From the sequence record NC_054902.1: a DNA stretch of 64,000 bases; one strand, 5' to 3'. The stretch's first letter is position 1. Every line of letters starts with the position of its first letter. The stretch is from Enterobacteria phage Aplg8. The position numbers and the translations under genes are program-made. Below are positions 19,969 through 29,887 of this stretch, piece by piece. A model generated the notes under the pieces. The model did not search any database. It was not told the origin of the DNA and was given only the letters and a program-made list of their open reading frames with translations.

Positions 19969-22232
19969 TACAATTTACACGCTGCACAATCGTCGGCTTT
20001 AGGAGTTTCTATTTCATAATCATCAGTACCAGAACCATCACGGGTATTATGATAATAGAAATTTTTAATGCCATAATACCATCCATATAGCATGTCATCA
20101 ATCATTATTGACATTGGAACCTTTCCTTTTGGAAAAATCTGCGGGTCATAGTATGTATTCGCCGAAGCTGATTGACAAACCCATTTCAGCATAATAGCTA
20201 CCTGTGTAAGATAAGGTTTATTACCTTTCTTAGCTAATTTCCATGTATAGTCGTAAAGGTCTATGTTATGCTCAATATTGGGCACGACCTGATTAAAGGA
20301 GCCCTCTTTTGATTCTTTAACAGAGACTGGTCCACGTGGAGGCTCGATACCGTTTGTACTGTTAGAAACTTGGGAAGATGACTCACATGGCATAAGTGCT
20401 GATAATGTGCTATTACGGATGCCAAAGAGCTTAAGGTCTTCCCGCAGCGCCGACCAGTCACAAACGTATTTTGGAGCTGCGATTTGGTCAATCTTTTTAT
20501 TGTACCAGTCGATAGGTAATTCGCCTCGAGACCAACGAGTGTCTGAATAATATTCGCAAGGTCCTTTTTCTTTGGCGAGCTTAATGGATGCTTTAATGAG
20601 TCCATATTGTAATCTCTCAAATAGTTCATGTGTTAAATCGTTAGCATCTTCATAAGAAGCAAAGTTACTTGCCAGCCAAGCTGCATAGTTAGTAACACCT
20701 ACACCGAGGTTACGACGCTTTTTAGCTTTTTCTGCTTCAGGAACTGGATATCCTTGGTAATCCAAAAGATTATCAAGAGCACGAACTTGGACTTCTGCCA
20801 ATTCATTAATTTTATCTTGGTCTTGCCAGTCAAAATTATCCAGTACGAATGCAGAGAGAGTACACAATCCAATTTCAGCATCAGGACTATTCACATCATT
20901 TGTTGGAATAGCAATTTCACAGCACAAGTTACTCTGACGAATAGGTGCCTTTTCACGAATAAATGGAGTATAGTTATTCGTATTATCAATGAACTGCACA
21001 TAAATCCTTGCTGTTCCTGAACGTTCAGTCATGAGCAATTCAAATAGTTCACGGGCTTTAATACGCTTTTTGCGAATATTAGGGTCTTTTTCTGCTGCTT
21101 CGTATAATTCACGGAAACGGTCTTGGTCTTTAAAATAAGAATAATAAAGCTCGCCACCCATTTCATGCGGACTGAACAAAGTAATGTAATCGTTCTTTCC
21201 GAATCGTTCCATCATCAAATCATTCAGCTGAACACCATAATCCATGTGACGAATGCGGTTTTCTTCTACGCCTTTGTTATTTTTCAAAACGAGAAGATTT
21301 TCAACTTCCAAATGCCAAATAGGATAATAAGCAGTAGCAGCGCCGCCACGAATTCCACCCTGTGAGCATGATTTAACTGCAGTCTGAAAATGTTTCCAAA
21401 AAGGAATAACACCAGTATGGCGTACTTCACCCATGCCAATCTTAGAACCTTCAGCACGAATCATACCAACGTTAATACCAATTCCAGCGCGTTTAGAGAT
21501 ATATTCAACAATTGAAGCGGAAGCCTTATTGATAGACTTTAATGAATCACCTGCTTCAATAACAACGCATGAACTAAACTGCCGAGTTGGAGTACGGCAA
21601 CCAGCCATAATAGGAGTTGGTAGTGAAATCTGTCGAGTAGATACTGCTTCATAAAAACGAATAACGTGTTTTAATCTATCAACAGGTTCATCTTGATGCA
21701 ATGCCATTCCAATAGTCATAAATGCAAACTGTGGAGTTTCATAAATTTGACCGGTGGTTTTATCTTTGACTAGATATTTTTCTTTTAATTGCATCGCTCC
21801 GGAATAAGTAAATTCCATATCCCGCTCGTGCTTAATTTTTGATTCTAAAAATGTAATTTCTTCCGCAGAATATTTTGACAATAATTCAGGGTCATATTTC
21901 CCTTCATTTACGCAATAAGAAATATGGTCAATAAATGAACGCGGTTCATACTGCCCGTAAACATGCTTACGAAGAGCAAACATTAAACAGCGTGCAGCTA
22001 CATATTGATAATCAGGCTCTTCAACCGAAATAGAATTCGCAGCAGCCTTAATGACAATAGTCTGAATATCATCAGTTGTCATTCCATCACGGAGATAAGA
22101 TTTAATATTTTCATATAATTCATAAGGATCTACTGATGTTCCCTCAGCTGCCCAAGATAAAACTTTAATAATTTTTTGTGGGTCAAAGCTCTGAGAAACA
22201 CCACTACTTTTGGTAACATTAATTAATTGCAT
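19968..22232 (-). CDS. nrdA: Ribonucleotide reductase large subunit
   Basis: 754 aa as T4 NrdA; start [11 protein letters not shown]. Confidence 0.95.
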   Translation of the reverse strand: MQLINVTKSSGVSQSFDPQKIIKVLSWAAEGTSVDPYELYENIKSYLRDGMTTDDIQTIVIKAAANSISVEEPDYQYVAARCLMFALRKHVYGQYEPRSFIDHISYCVNEGKYDPELLSKYSAEEITFLESKIKHERDMEFTYSGAMQLKEKYLVKDKTTGQIYETPQFAFMTIGMALHQDEPVDRLKHVIRFYEAVSTRQISLPTPIMAGCRTPTRQFSSCVVIEAGDSLKSINKASASIVEYISKRAGIGINVGMIRAEGSKIGMGEVRHTGVIPFWKHFQTAVKSCSQGGIRGGAATAYYPIWHLEVENLLVLKNNKGVEENRIRHMDYGVQLNDLMMERFGKNDYITLFSPHEMGGELYYSYFKDQDRFRELYEAAEKDPNIRKKRIKARELFELLMTERSGTARIYVQFIDNTNNYTPFIREKAPIRQSNLCCEIAIPTNDVNSPDAEIGLCTLSAFVLDNFDWQDQDKINELAEVQVRALDNLLDYQGYPVPEAEKAKKRRNLGVGVTNYAAWLASNFASYEDANDLTHELFERLQYGLIKASIKLAKEKGPCEYYSDTRWSRGELPIDWYNKKIDQIAAPKYVCDWSALREDLKLFGIRNSTLSALMPCESSSQVSNSTNGIEPPRGPVSVKESKEGSFNQVVPNIEHNIDLYDYTWKLAKKGNKPYLTQVAIMLKWVCQSASANTYYDPQIFPKGKVPMSIMIDDMLYGWYYGIKNFYYHNTRDGSGTDDYEIETPKADDCAACKL

Positions 22233-22549
22233 AAGTCCTCAACTTGAAAATCGTCTTTAAACAATCGGTTAACTATATGAGCTATTATATCACCATGACA
22301 CGGCTTTGGTTTACATGTGCATCCTAGCCTCATTCCACGTAAAGGCTCTAAATGTGCTTTAGTTATTTCTCCGGATTTAATTCGACGTATAAAATCTTTT
22401 TTGAATAATTCAATGGCAGCCTCCCGGCTGCCAGCATCTTTACCGACGTAATTTCCCCAAAATGTACCACGGTGAATATTAACATCAAAGTCGGATTTGT
22501 ATTTATTCACTACCCGGCATAGACGGCCCACGCTGGAATAATTCGTCAT
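22223..22549 (-). CDS. DUF4326-like protein, 108 aa
   Basis: C-terminal [17 protein letters not shown] resembles the conserved Cys/His motif of DUF4326 (recalled). Confidence 0.45.
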
Positions 22550-22778
22550 ATTGTTTTTCCGTTAATACAGTAATATCATAGTAACAATCGGAAGAAGTTT
22601 TAACTGTGGAAATTTTATTATCAAAATACTCACGAGTCATTTTATGAGTATAGTATTTTTTACCATAAATGGTAATAGGCTGTTCTGGTCCTGGAACTTC
22701 TAACTCGCTTGGGTTAGGAAGTGTAAAAAGAACAACACCAGAAGTATCTTTAAATCGTAAAATCATATATCCTCGCAA
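22503..22778 (-). CDS. Hypothetical protein, about 87-91 aa
   Basis: ORF between nrdA and td; overlaps the previous ORF in a different frame. Confidence 0.4.
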
Positions 22779-22786
22779 TAATAAAA

Positions 22787-23647
22787 TTACACCGCCATCT
22801 TTCCTTTAATAGGAGGGTGTGATTCATAGTTGTTAAGAATAAAATTATGCGGCTTTGCGAATTGACTCAACCAAAATACCTGCGATTCTGTGTCCCATTC
22901 ATCAAATTCATCTGGAAATTTTAATTGCAATTCGCATAAATCCATAGGTTCACGACGCAAAATTTCTTTACATTGCTCTACGTGATTCATATAGATATGA
23001 GTATTACCACCAGAAAATATCAAATCTCCGGGAATAAGATTACACATCTTAGCTACAATATGCGTCAAGGCAGCGTACGAGGCAATGTTGAATGGCAAGC
23101 CCAAGAAAACATCTACACTTCTTTGGTACCACTGCAAATCCAAATAGCCATTACGCACATTAAACTGATAGAACATATGACAAGGCGGTAATGCCATATA
23201 TTTAAGTTCAGCTGGATTCCACGCAGAAACAATTTGACGCCTATCATTCGGCAGTTTTTTAATACGATCAATAACTTCTACAATTTGGTCTACACCGCCA
23301 AAATCACGCCATTGTTTTCCATAAATTGGACCAAGTTCACCGCTATGGTATCCTAAATCTTTTGCCTGATTTTCGTAATTTTCATCCCAAACTGTTTTGC
23401 CTTGGATTAATGAATCATGCTGAATTAATCGTAAATCATTGACATTTGTGCTTCCTGACAAAAACCATATTAACTCAGCAATGCATGCATTCCAGGCGAG
23501 CTTTTTAGTTGTTACTGCAGGAAAACCTTTGGTTAAATCCCAACGCAATTTAGTACCGAACAAAGCAATTGTTCCTGTGCCTGTTCGGTCATCGGTTTCA
23601 TAACCATTTTCAAAAATGTCTTTAATTAAATCTTGGTATTGTTTCAT
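22787..23647 (-). CDS. td: Thymidylate synthase, intron-less
   Basis: 286-aa continuous ORF starting [17 protein letters not shown]; no intron or intron ORF. Confidence 0.95.
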
Positions 23648-23684
23648 TTAGTACCTTATATAAATTATAATACATTTTATGAAG

Positions 23685-24050
23685 CTAATAATTAAACGGT
23701 TTAGCATCAAATTTTCTCTCAATTTCAGGCGTGAAATATAATTCTTTACCGCGTTTGGAAAAACGACCAATAATATGATAATTATTCTCATCAAACGTGA
23801 TATTGCCGATATCCATAGCTTTCAACCAAATATCGATATTTCTGTCAAGCTTTATATCAAAATTCCAATACGGAGAACTATTACCAAAAATACTGCAAGC
23901 GGATTCAGTGAAACAACTGCTATAAATTTTGTCTTTAGGAACTATTAATTGATAGACGCCTTTAATAAACTGAGGACCTTGCCATTTTGGTTGTTTCGCG
24001 TCTTTTTCTAATAGAATAGGGTAATAATTAAAATTCATATTTTCCGCCAC
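23685..24050 (-). CDS. Hypothetical protein (about 117-121 aa) lying between frd and td
   Basis: ORF tightly packed between the frd stop (24059) and td start (23647); first codon in track is GTG, likely ATG start at about 24038 (MNFNYYPILLEK). Confidence 0.5.
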   Translation of the reverse strand: MAENMNFNYYPILLEKDAKQPKWQGPQFIKGVYQLIVPKDKIYSSCFTESACSIFGNSSPYWNFDIKLDRNIDIWLKAMDIGNITFDENNYHIIGRFSKRGKELYFTPEIERKFDAKPFNY

Positions 24051-24058
24051 GTATTATT

Positions 24059-24881
<823 letters not shown>

Positions 24882-24897
<16 letters not shown>

Positions 24898-25241
24898 TGA
24901 AAGGGGCCAGAAGCAAATCCGCTATCTTTAATCATTTTAACTAAAGTTACCATTCCTCTGTTAACTGCTTGCGCGATTTCATCAAAAACTTCATCACTAT
25001 CACCATAAAGATCGCTAAAAAGTTCTAACACATTCTTCTGAACTTTTAATTTACAGCCAACAAATTCGCCTACAGTAAATTCGTTTCCGCCAACTCCAGC
25101 GTAAAACGTAATTACACCAGTTAATGGTCTTTCACTAGAACATAGGTCGTGTGATAAATTAATATAAGCCGTCCCGGGTACAGTTTTAAGTTGGCAACGA
25201 ATACTTACTCGAGCAATTCCAGCTACATGAATGTCAGACAT
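24882..25241 (-). CDS. Hypothetical protein, 119 aa
   Basis: ORF in the frd-32 interval. Confidence 0.45.
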
Positions 25242-25251
25242 AGTATTTTCC

Positions 25252-25494
25252 TCAAATAGACTTTTTCACAATTTTCCAATCAGCTTTAAACTGATCAACG
25301 TCAGAGTGATAAATCCAAAATCCTGCGCTTTCACCGTCTTCATAAAGCGGACACCCATCGCATTCATCTTCCCATCCCATATCACGCAAAAGATGTTCAG
25401 CTTTTTCAATGAGTTCAGAATCTTTACCGATGATATTAAAATACCATTTACCTCTAACTTCTGAATCTTTGATGCTCTGACGTTGTAATCTCAT
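25252..25494 (-). CDS. Hypothetical protein, 80 aa
   Basis: Track ORF trimmed to Met20 (MRLQRQ), which has an AAGGAG Shine-Dalgarno and lies downstream of an early promoter. Confidence 0.45.
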   Translation of the reverse strand: MRLQRQSIKDSEVRGKWYFNIIGKDSELIEKAEHLLRDMGWEDECDGCPLYEDGESAGFWIYHSDVDQFKADWKIVKKSI

Positions 25495-25519
25495 TTTATT
25501 CTCCTTAGTTGATAAGGCT

Positions 25520-25549
25520 ATAGTATCACTACCATAGCCTGTTGTAAAC
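25520..25549 (-). promoter_or_regulatory. Early promoter (GTTTAC-N18-TACTAT)
   Basis: Consensus elements; 7-bp inverted repeat AGGCTAT/ATAGCCT brackets the -10. Confidence 0.5.
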
Positions 25550-25551
25550 AA

Positions 25552-25854
25552 TTATTTTTGAATTTTATCAAGCCACTTACCAAGCTTAATCATTTCTTTA
25601 GTAGCCTTTTCCATACTTCTGAACTTAACCAATAGAGGATAGGTATCGACACCCATAACTAAGCTAGTTACAAGACTGTGTTCACCCACAAGCCATAACG
25701 AATACGTTTGAATATCGAGCCCGTAATTTCTGTCTTTATGGACCCGTACACCCATCACTTCAAATTTCTCACTAGCTTTTTCTACCGCATCCAGGAAATC
25801 ATCTTTAGTCATATTAGGCCTTAAAAGTTTTTCGCAAAAGTTCAATGATTTCAT
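25552..25854 (-). CDS. Hypothetical protein, 100 aa
   Basis: ORF in the frd-32 interval. Confidence 0.45.
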   Translation of the reverse strand: MKSLNFCEKLLRPNMTKDDFLDAVEKASEKFEVMGVRVHKDRNYGLDIQTYSLWLVGEHSLVTSLVMGVDTYPLLVKFRSMEKATKEMIKLGKWLDKIQK

Positions 25855-26251
25855 CTACATTGTTTTCGTCAACAATACAGTGAATTTTTGTTACGCCAGA
25901 AACCTTGTCTTTGACTTCATCTTTTTCAGAAGTCGGTTCTTTATACTCACGAAAACAATGAAATTCGTCTTCGCAAATTTCTAAAAGTCTATCTTTGAGG
26001 TAAAAATGCTTTCCATTTGCGCATTCAATGTGTTTTACTGCTTTATATCCATTAGCGACGGAAACTTCTTTAACTTCAAACCATCCGCCATTATCTCGAA
26101 TCGCTTTAACTATTGATGAATTAGAACGTGGGCTATAATTAATAAATGTATCAATAAGTCTTGGAACAAGCTCATACTTTTTGCCGATATACATTACGGT
26201 TTCCTCATTTTGATAGGGGCTTGATAGAGCCCCTTGATAATTATTGTTCAA
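25814..26251 (-). CDS. Hypothetical protein, up to 145 aa; start uncertain
   Basis: ORF in the frd-32 interval. Confidence 0.4.
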   Translation of the reverse strand: MNNNYQGALSSPYQNEETVMYIGKKYELVPRLIDTFINYSPRSNSSIVKAIRDNGGWFEVKEVSVANGYKAVKHIECANGKHFYLKDRLLEICEDEFHCFREYKEPTSEKDEVKDKVSGVTKIHCIVDENNVDEIIELLRKTFKA

Positions 26252-26468
26252 TCAATCCCATGTAAAATTCTGCGTCTTCAGAATCCATGCCATCACAATA
26301 TTCATTAGCCATAAAGCGGGTGAGGTCTTCAAGAGGACCTTCAATAACGATTTGAATACTCCAAAACTTAGAATCTTGCACGCTTGTGATACTAAGTTCA
26401 GGATAACGATTACGAATAATTTCTTCAATATATTCAAAATCAACGATGTCAATATCAACTTTAGCCAT
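26241..26468 (-). CDS. Hypothetical protein, 75 aa
   Basis: Track ORF trimmed to MAKVDIDIV, which has a Shine-Dalgarno (AAAGAGGAA) downstream of an early promoter. Confidence 0.45.
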   Translation of the reverse strand: MAKVDIDIVDFEYIEEIIRNRYPELSITSVQDSKFWSIQIVIEGPLEDLTRFMANEYCDGMDSEDAEFYMGLIEQ

Positions 26469-26510
26469 ATTATTTTCCTCTTTAATCATCAGCAGTATTG
26501 CCGATAGTTG

Positions 26511-26540
26511 TATAGTACCATGGAAGGACAAGGATGTAAA
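26511..26540 (-). promoter_or_regulatory. Early promoter (GTTTAC-N18-TACTAT) with A-rich upstream element
   Basis: Consensus elements; upstream A-tract gtgaaaaaaatttgaaataaaaaa. Confidence 0.5.
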
Positions 26541-26560
26541 CCGTTTTGTGAAAAAAATTT

Positions 26561-26590
26561 GAAATAAAAAAGGGGACCTCTAAAGGTCCC
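26561..26590 (-). terminator. Rho-independent terminator after gene 32
   Basis: GGGGACC-loop-GGTCCCC hairpin followed on the minus strand by TTTTTTATTT. Confidence 0.65.
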
Positions 26591-26613
26591 CAATTAATTA
26601 GTAATATAATCTA

Positions 26614-27522
26614 TTAAAGGTCATTCAAAAGGTCATCCAGGTCCGTGTCATCAGCACTAGATGAACTGCCAGAGCTTGAGCTCATAAAATCATCTTCAGT
26701 TTTTGTATTGAAGTCATCAACATTGAATGCATCCAAATCATCAGCAACTTTATCAGCTTTCTTAGCAGCAGTTGCAGCGGCACCGCCCATCACAGCAGTT
26801 CCCATAACTTGACCGAATTTAGTGCTCAGTTCTTCAAACGATTTGAATTTATCTTTAGAAGTCATTTCAGAAAGGTCAACCATTTGTTCGAACAGTTCTT
26901 TCTGGAAAGATTCATCGTCAATGTTTGGAATCGCAGATTGATTCAGGAATTTAGATTCGTCGTAGTTACTAAATCCAGAAACCTGTTTAACTTTCAGTAC
27001 AAAGTTAGCACCTTCCCACGGACAAGTTACATCAACCGGAGTTTCACCCATTTCAACATCAACTGCAATCATTGCATTGATTTTATCCCAGATTTTCTTA
27101 CCGAAACGGTATTTAAATACTTTACCTTCATTTTCTGGAGCAGCTGGGTCTTTTACTACAAGAATGTTAGCCCAGTAAGAAGTTTTACGTTTAACAAGAC
27201 TGTACTCTTTATTGTCAGTGTTGTACAAATCATTTTTACTGATGTACTGACATACTGGACAAGAATCGTAATCACCGTGGGTAGATGAACAGTTTTCAAT
27301 ATACCATTTACCATTTTTCTTGAAACCGTGATTTACAAGAATTGCGAATGGTGCTTGTTCATCATTTTTAGACGGAAGAAAACGAATTACTGCTTGACCG
27401 TTACCCGCATTGTCGAGTTTCAGCTTCCACTCGCCTTTATCTTCAGAAGAAAAACCACCTTTATTTCCAGCCAGTTTAGCCATTTGTGCAGCGAGTTCAG
27501 CAGTAGATTTACGTTTAAACAT
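26614..27522 (-). CDS. 32: Single-stranded DNA-binding protein
   Basis: 302 aa; [17 protein letters not shown] start; acidic Ser/Asp-rich C-terminal tail; T4 gp32 is 301 aa. Confidence 0.95.
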   Translation of the reverse strand: MFKRKSTAELAAQMAKLAGNKGGFSSEDKGEWKLKLDNAGNGQAVIRFLPSKNDEQAPFAILVNHGFKKNGKWYIENCSSTHGDYDSCPVCQYISKNDLYNTDNKEYSLVKRKTSYWANILVVKDPAAPENEGKVFKYRFGKKIWDKINAMIAVDVEMGETPVDVTCPWEGANFVLKVKQVSGFSNYDESKFLNQSAIPNIDDESFQKELFEQMVDLSEMTSKDKFKSFEELSTKFGQVMGTAVMGGAAATAAKKADKVADDLDAFNVDDFNTKTEDDFMSSSSGSSSSADDTDLDDLLNDL

Positions 27523-27600
27523 TTTTATTTCCTTTTTAATTTAATTAACAGTTGGTGCTATGACGATGTATGACCTCATAGCTGGTCAGTGAGATAATTA
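27523..27600 (-). promoter_or_regulatory. Gene 32 mRNA leader (candidate autoregulatory operator/pseudoknot region)
   Basis: About 80-nt untranslated leader; minus strand contains GCTATGAGGTCATACATCGTCATAGC followed by an A/U-rich tract before the ATG, as in the T4 gene 32 translational operator (recalled). Confidence 0.45.
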
Positions 27601-27605
27601 TAATT

Positions 27606-27613
27606 TATTTATA
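27606..27613 (-). promoter_or_regulatory. Late promoter (TATAAATA) upstream of gene 32, with adjacent MotA-box-like TTGCTTA
   Basis: Exact TATAAATA on the minus strand in the 59-32 intergenic region; TTGCTTAT immediately upstream. Confidence 0.45.
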
Positions 27614-27621
27614 ATAAGCAA

Positions 27622-28275
27622 TTAATACTTACAAGATTTCACAGTTTCAATAAAAACTTTTTTAGCTTCCTGTGAATCGATATTTAAAATTTTTCTATAA
27701 GCTTTTAACTTTATAGAATAATTGTTCCAAACTAAATTATCAGTTTGTTCATCATGTTTATCAATTATATTTAAAAACGAATCAAGCAAGATAAACGTCT
27801 CAAACGAAATTATATTCGATTGAAGTAGTTTAAAAATATAACTTGATTGAACTTTTGGATTATACTCAAAGATTTCTTTAAAAGCAGAAACTTCAACTTT
27901 TTTACTAAAATAATAAATGTTGCGAATATCTTCTTCAAACTTAAATTTAATTTGCTTTAAACGTCCGATATATTCACGATAAAACACAAGTGCATCAGCG
28001 TCAGAGATGTCACCAATCCAAGCATCTTGGTTAGCAACCAAATTGCTTATAAAGATTAAAGCAAGTTCCTTTAATTTATATTTTTCTGATAACTTCTGGA
28101 AAAAATACTTATCCCTTCGCTTTTGATAAGCGGCATCAGACACCCGCATGCACCAATTATACTTAATAACATCATACTTTCCATTCATATGTTGTTTTAT
28201 CATTAAGTATAATTTATAAACTGATTTACCATCAATGTATCTTTCACCACCAGCAGGCATGCGGAGTTTAATCAT
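27622..28275 (-). CDS. 59: Helicase loader gp59
   Basis: 217 aa as T4 gp59; synteny 32-59-33. Confidence 0.85.
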   Translation of the reverse strand: MIKLRMPAGGERYIDGKSVYKLYLMIKQHMNGKYDVIKYNWCMRVSDAAYQKRRDKYFFQKLSEKYKLKELALIFISNLVANQDAWIGDISDADALVFYREYIGRLKQIKFKFEEDIRNIYYFSKKVEVSAFKEIFEYNPKVQSSYIFKLLQSNIISFETFILLDSFLNIIDKHDEQTDNLVWNNYSIKLKAYRKILNIDSQEAKKVFIETVKSCKY

Positions 28276-28619
28276 AGTAGAAAATCTAATGTATTAGTTT
28301 TTTCACAACGAACAACAGAAGGACGTAAAAGATTTTCGTCAATAGCTTCTGACTGAATTTTTTCAATTATACCCGAAGGAATAAATTTAGCAAATTGAGT
28401 TTCAGGAATAGAGTTTTCTTCTAAGAATGCTGTCGTAGCTTCAAGATAACTCATTCCAAACTCTTCTACCATTTTTTCAATAATAAATCCATTTTCTTGA
28501 CGATCAAGAAGCTTTGCTATTTCATCCTTTTCTTTCTTGATTGAAAGTTCTTTTTCTGAAAGACCGGTCTCATCGACCGGACGAATATCATTTAGAGAAA
28601 ACTGTGTCATAAAGTTCAA
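28272..28619 (-). CDS. 33: Late transcription co-activator gp33
   Basis: 115 aa (T4 gp33 112 aa); synteny. Confidence 0.75.
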   Translation of the reverse strand: MNFMTQFSLNDIRPVDETGLSEKELSIKKEKDEIAKLLDRQENGFIIEKMVEEFGMSYLEATTAFLEENSIPETQFAKFIPSGIIEKIQSEAIDENLLRPSVVRCEKTNTLDFLL

Positions 28620-28857
28620 CTACCTCTTCAGTTTCAGCTTCAAACACATCACGGTTATCTTTATGATACAAAGCTAATAGACGATTAAACATCTTACCAT
28701 CAACGCCAAGTTCATCTTTGGCACGAATTCGAATATCTTTAATCAGTTCATTATAACCGGAAATTTTCAGTTTATGATCAGATGCTTCTTTAATAAATTT
28801 AGCCAAGTCTTCGCCATGGATAGCTTCATCAAATTCAACCATTTCTTTTTTAGCCAT
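28588..28857 (-). CDS. dsbA: dsDNA-binding protein DsbA
   Basis: 89 aa as T4 DsbA; synteny 33-dsbA-rnh. Confidence 0.7.
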   Translation of the reverse strand: MAKKEMVEFDEAIHGEDLAKFIKEASDHKLKISGYNELIKDIRIRAKDELGVDGKMFNRLLALYHKDNRDVFEAETEEVVELYDTVFSK

Positions 28858-28865
28858 TATTCACC

Positions 28866-29798
28866 TCAAAATTCATTAATGCTATTAGTTAATTTAGAAA
28901 GACCCGCTTTTACAAAATATGAATAAATTTTGCCACGCGGTGGTAATTTATATGAATTATAGTAATTCACAATGTTTGAAGCAATATTATCAGGAATATA
29001 ATCAAAATCAATTAGAACTAAATTTTCTTTATAACGATTATATTCAGATTCTGTGAGAAGCACCTTAGCTTGCTCACGGTCATTAGCAATAGCTTCAACG
29101 ATTGAAGTTTTCATCGAAGGAGTTCGTTCACCTTCAACTTTGGTAAACCAAAAGTCAGATCGTACTTTAACTGAAGCAACGTTATCCTTTTTATCGCCTT
29201 TAAGGATTTTAGTCATACAGTCAATTTCAGCAGAACCGCTTTTAATTTTAACCCATTTCTTATGCATCGGCGACCATTGCTTAACATTTGGATATTTGTG
29301 AAGTTGAGTAAAGTCACCATCCGACGAAATGATTAAAATCTTATGTCCTTCTAAAGAGAACTTTTTAACAAGAACAGCAATGTGGTCATCTGCTTCATAC
29401 TTATCAATATCCATAACAATGTATGGCATATAAGCTTTCAATTCATCTATAACTTTGTGGCTGGATTCAAAATAACCTTCCCAGTCCCAAGTCGATTCTT
29501 CTCGTGCTTTTCCACGGTTTTTCTTATAATAATACGCGAAATCACGACGCCAGTATCCAGATTTCGCGTTATCAATACACAGTACAATTTTAGTGTATCC
29601 AAGCGTTTTTGCTTTTTTGACATTAAACTTAATTGAGTTCAATATCAAATGACGAACCATTGATAAATTAATTTTTTCTTTATCTGGAAAGTTTACCAAA
29701 GCAGTTGAAAGCGCAATTTGACTAAAGTCAATTAAGCAGATTCCTTCTTTGTAATCTTCATCCAGCATCATTTCTAAATCCATATGAACCTCGTTCAA
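28866..29798 (-). CDS. rnh: RNase H (5'-3' exonuclease); probable start at MDLEMML (about 29783)
   Basis: From MDLEMML the product is 305 aa as T4 RNase H; acidic catalytic residues present (DNAKSGYWRR, ADDHIAV, SSDGDF). Confidence 0.9.
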   Translation of the reverse strand: MNEVHMDLEMMLDEDYKEGICLIDFSQIALSTALVNFPDKEKINLSMVRHLILNSIKFNVKKAKTLGYTKIVLCIDNAKSGYWRRDFAYYYKKNRGKAREESTWDWEGYFESSHKVIDELKAYMPYIVMDIDKYEADDHIAVLVKKFSLEGHKILIISSDGDFTQLHKYPNVKQWSPMHKKWVKIKSGSAEIDCMTKILKGDKKDNVASVKVRSDFWFTKVEGERTPSMKTSIVEAIANDREQAKVLLTESEYNRYKENLVLIDFDYIPDNIASNIVNYYNSYKLPPRGKIYSYFVKAGLSKLTNSINEF

Positions 29799-29846
29799 TT
29801 AGTGAGATTTCTATTATATACCATCCGAATCTTAAAGTAAACAAGT

Positions 29847-29854
29847 ATAAATAC
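29847..29854 (+). promoter_or_regulatory. Late promoter (TATAAATA) for gene 34
   Basis: Exact TATAAATA about 35 nt upstream of the gene 34 ATG. Confidence 0.55.
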
Positions 29855-29887
29855 TTATTATTGAAAACACAATAGGAGCCCGGGAGA

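Noticed and set aside
26809-27288. 159-aa plus-strand ORF antisense to gene 32
   Set aside because: Antisense to a highly conserved gene; Phe/Asn/Ile-rich translation typical of AT-rich antisense frames.
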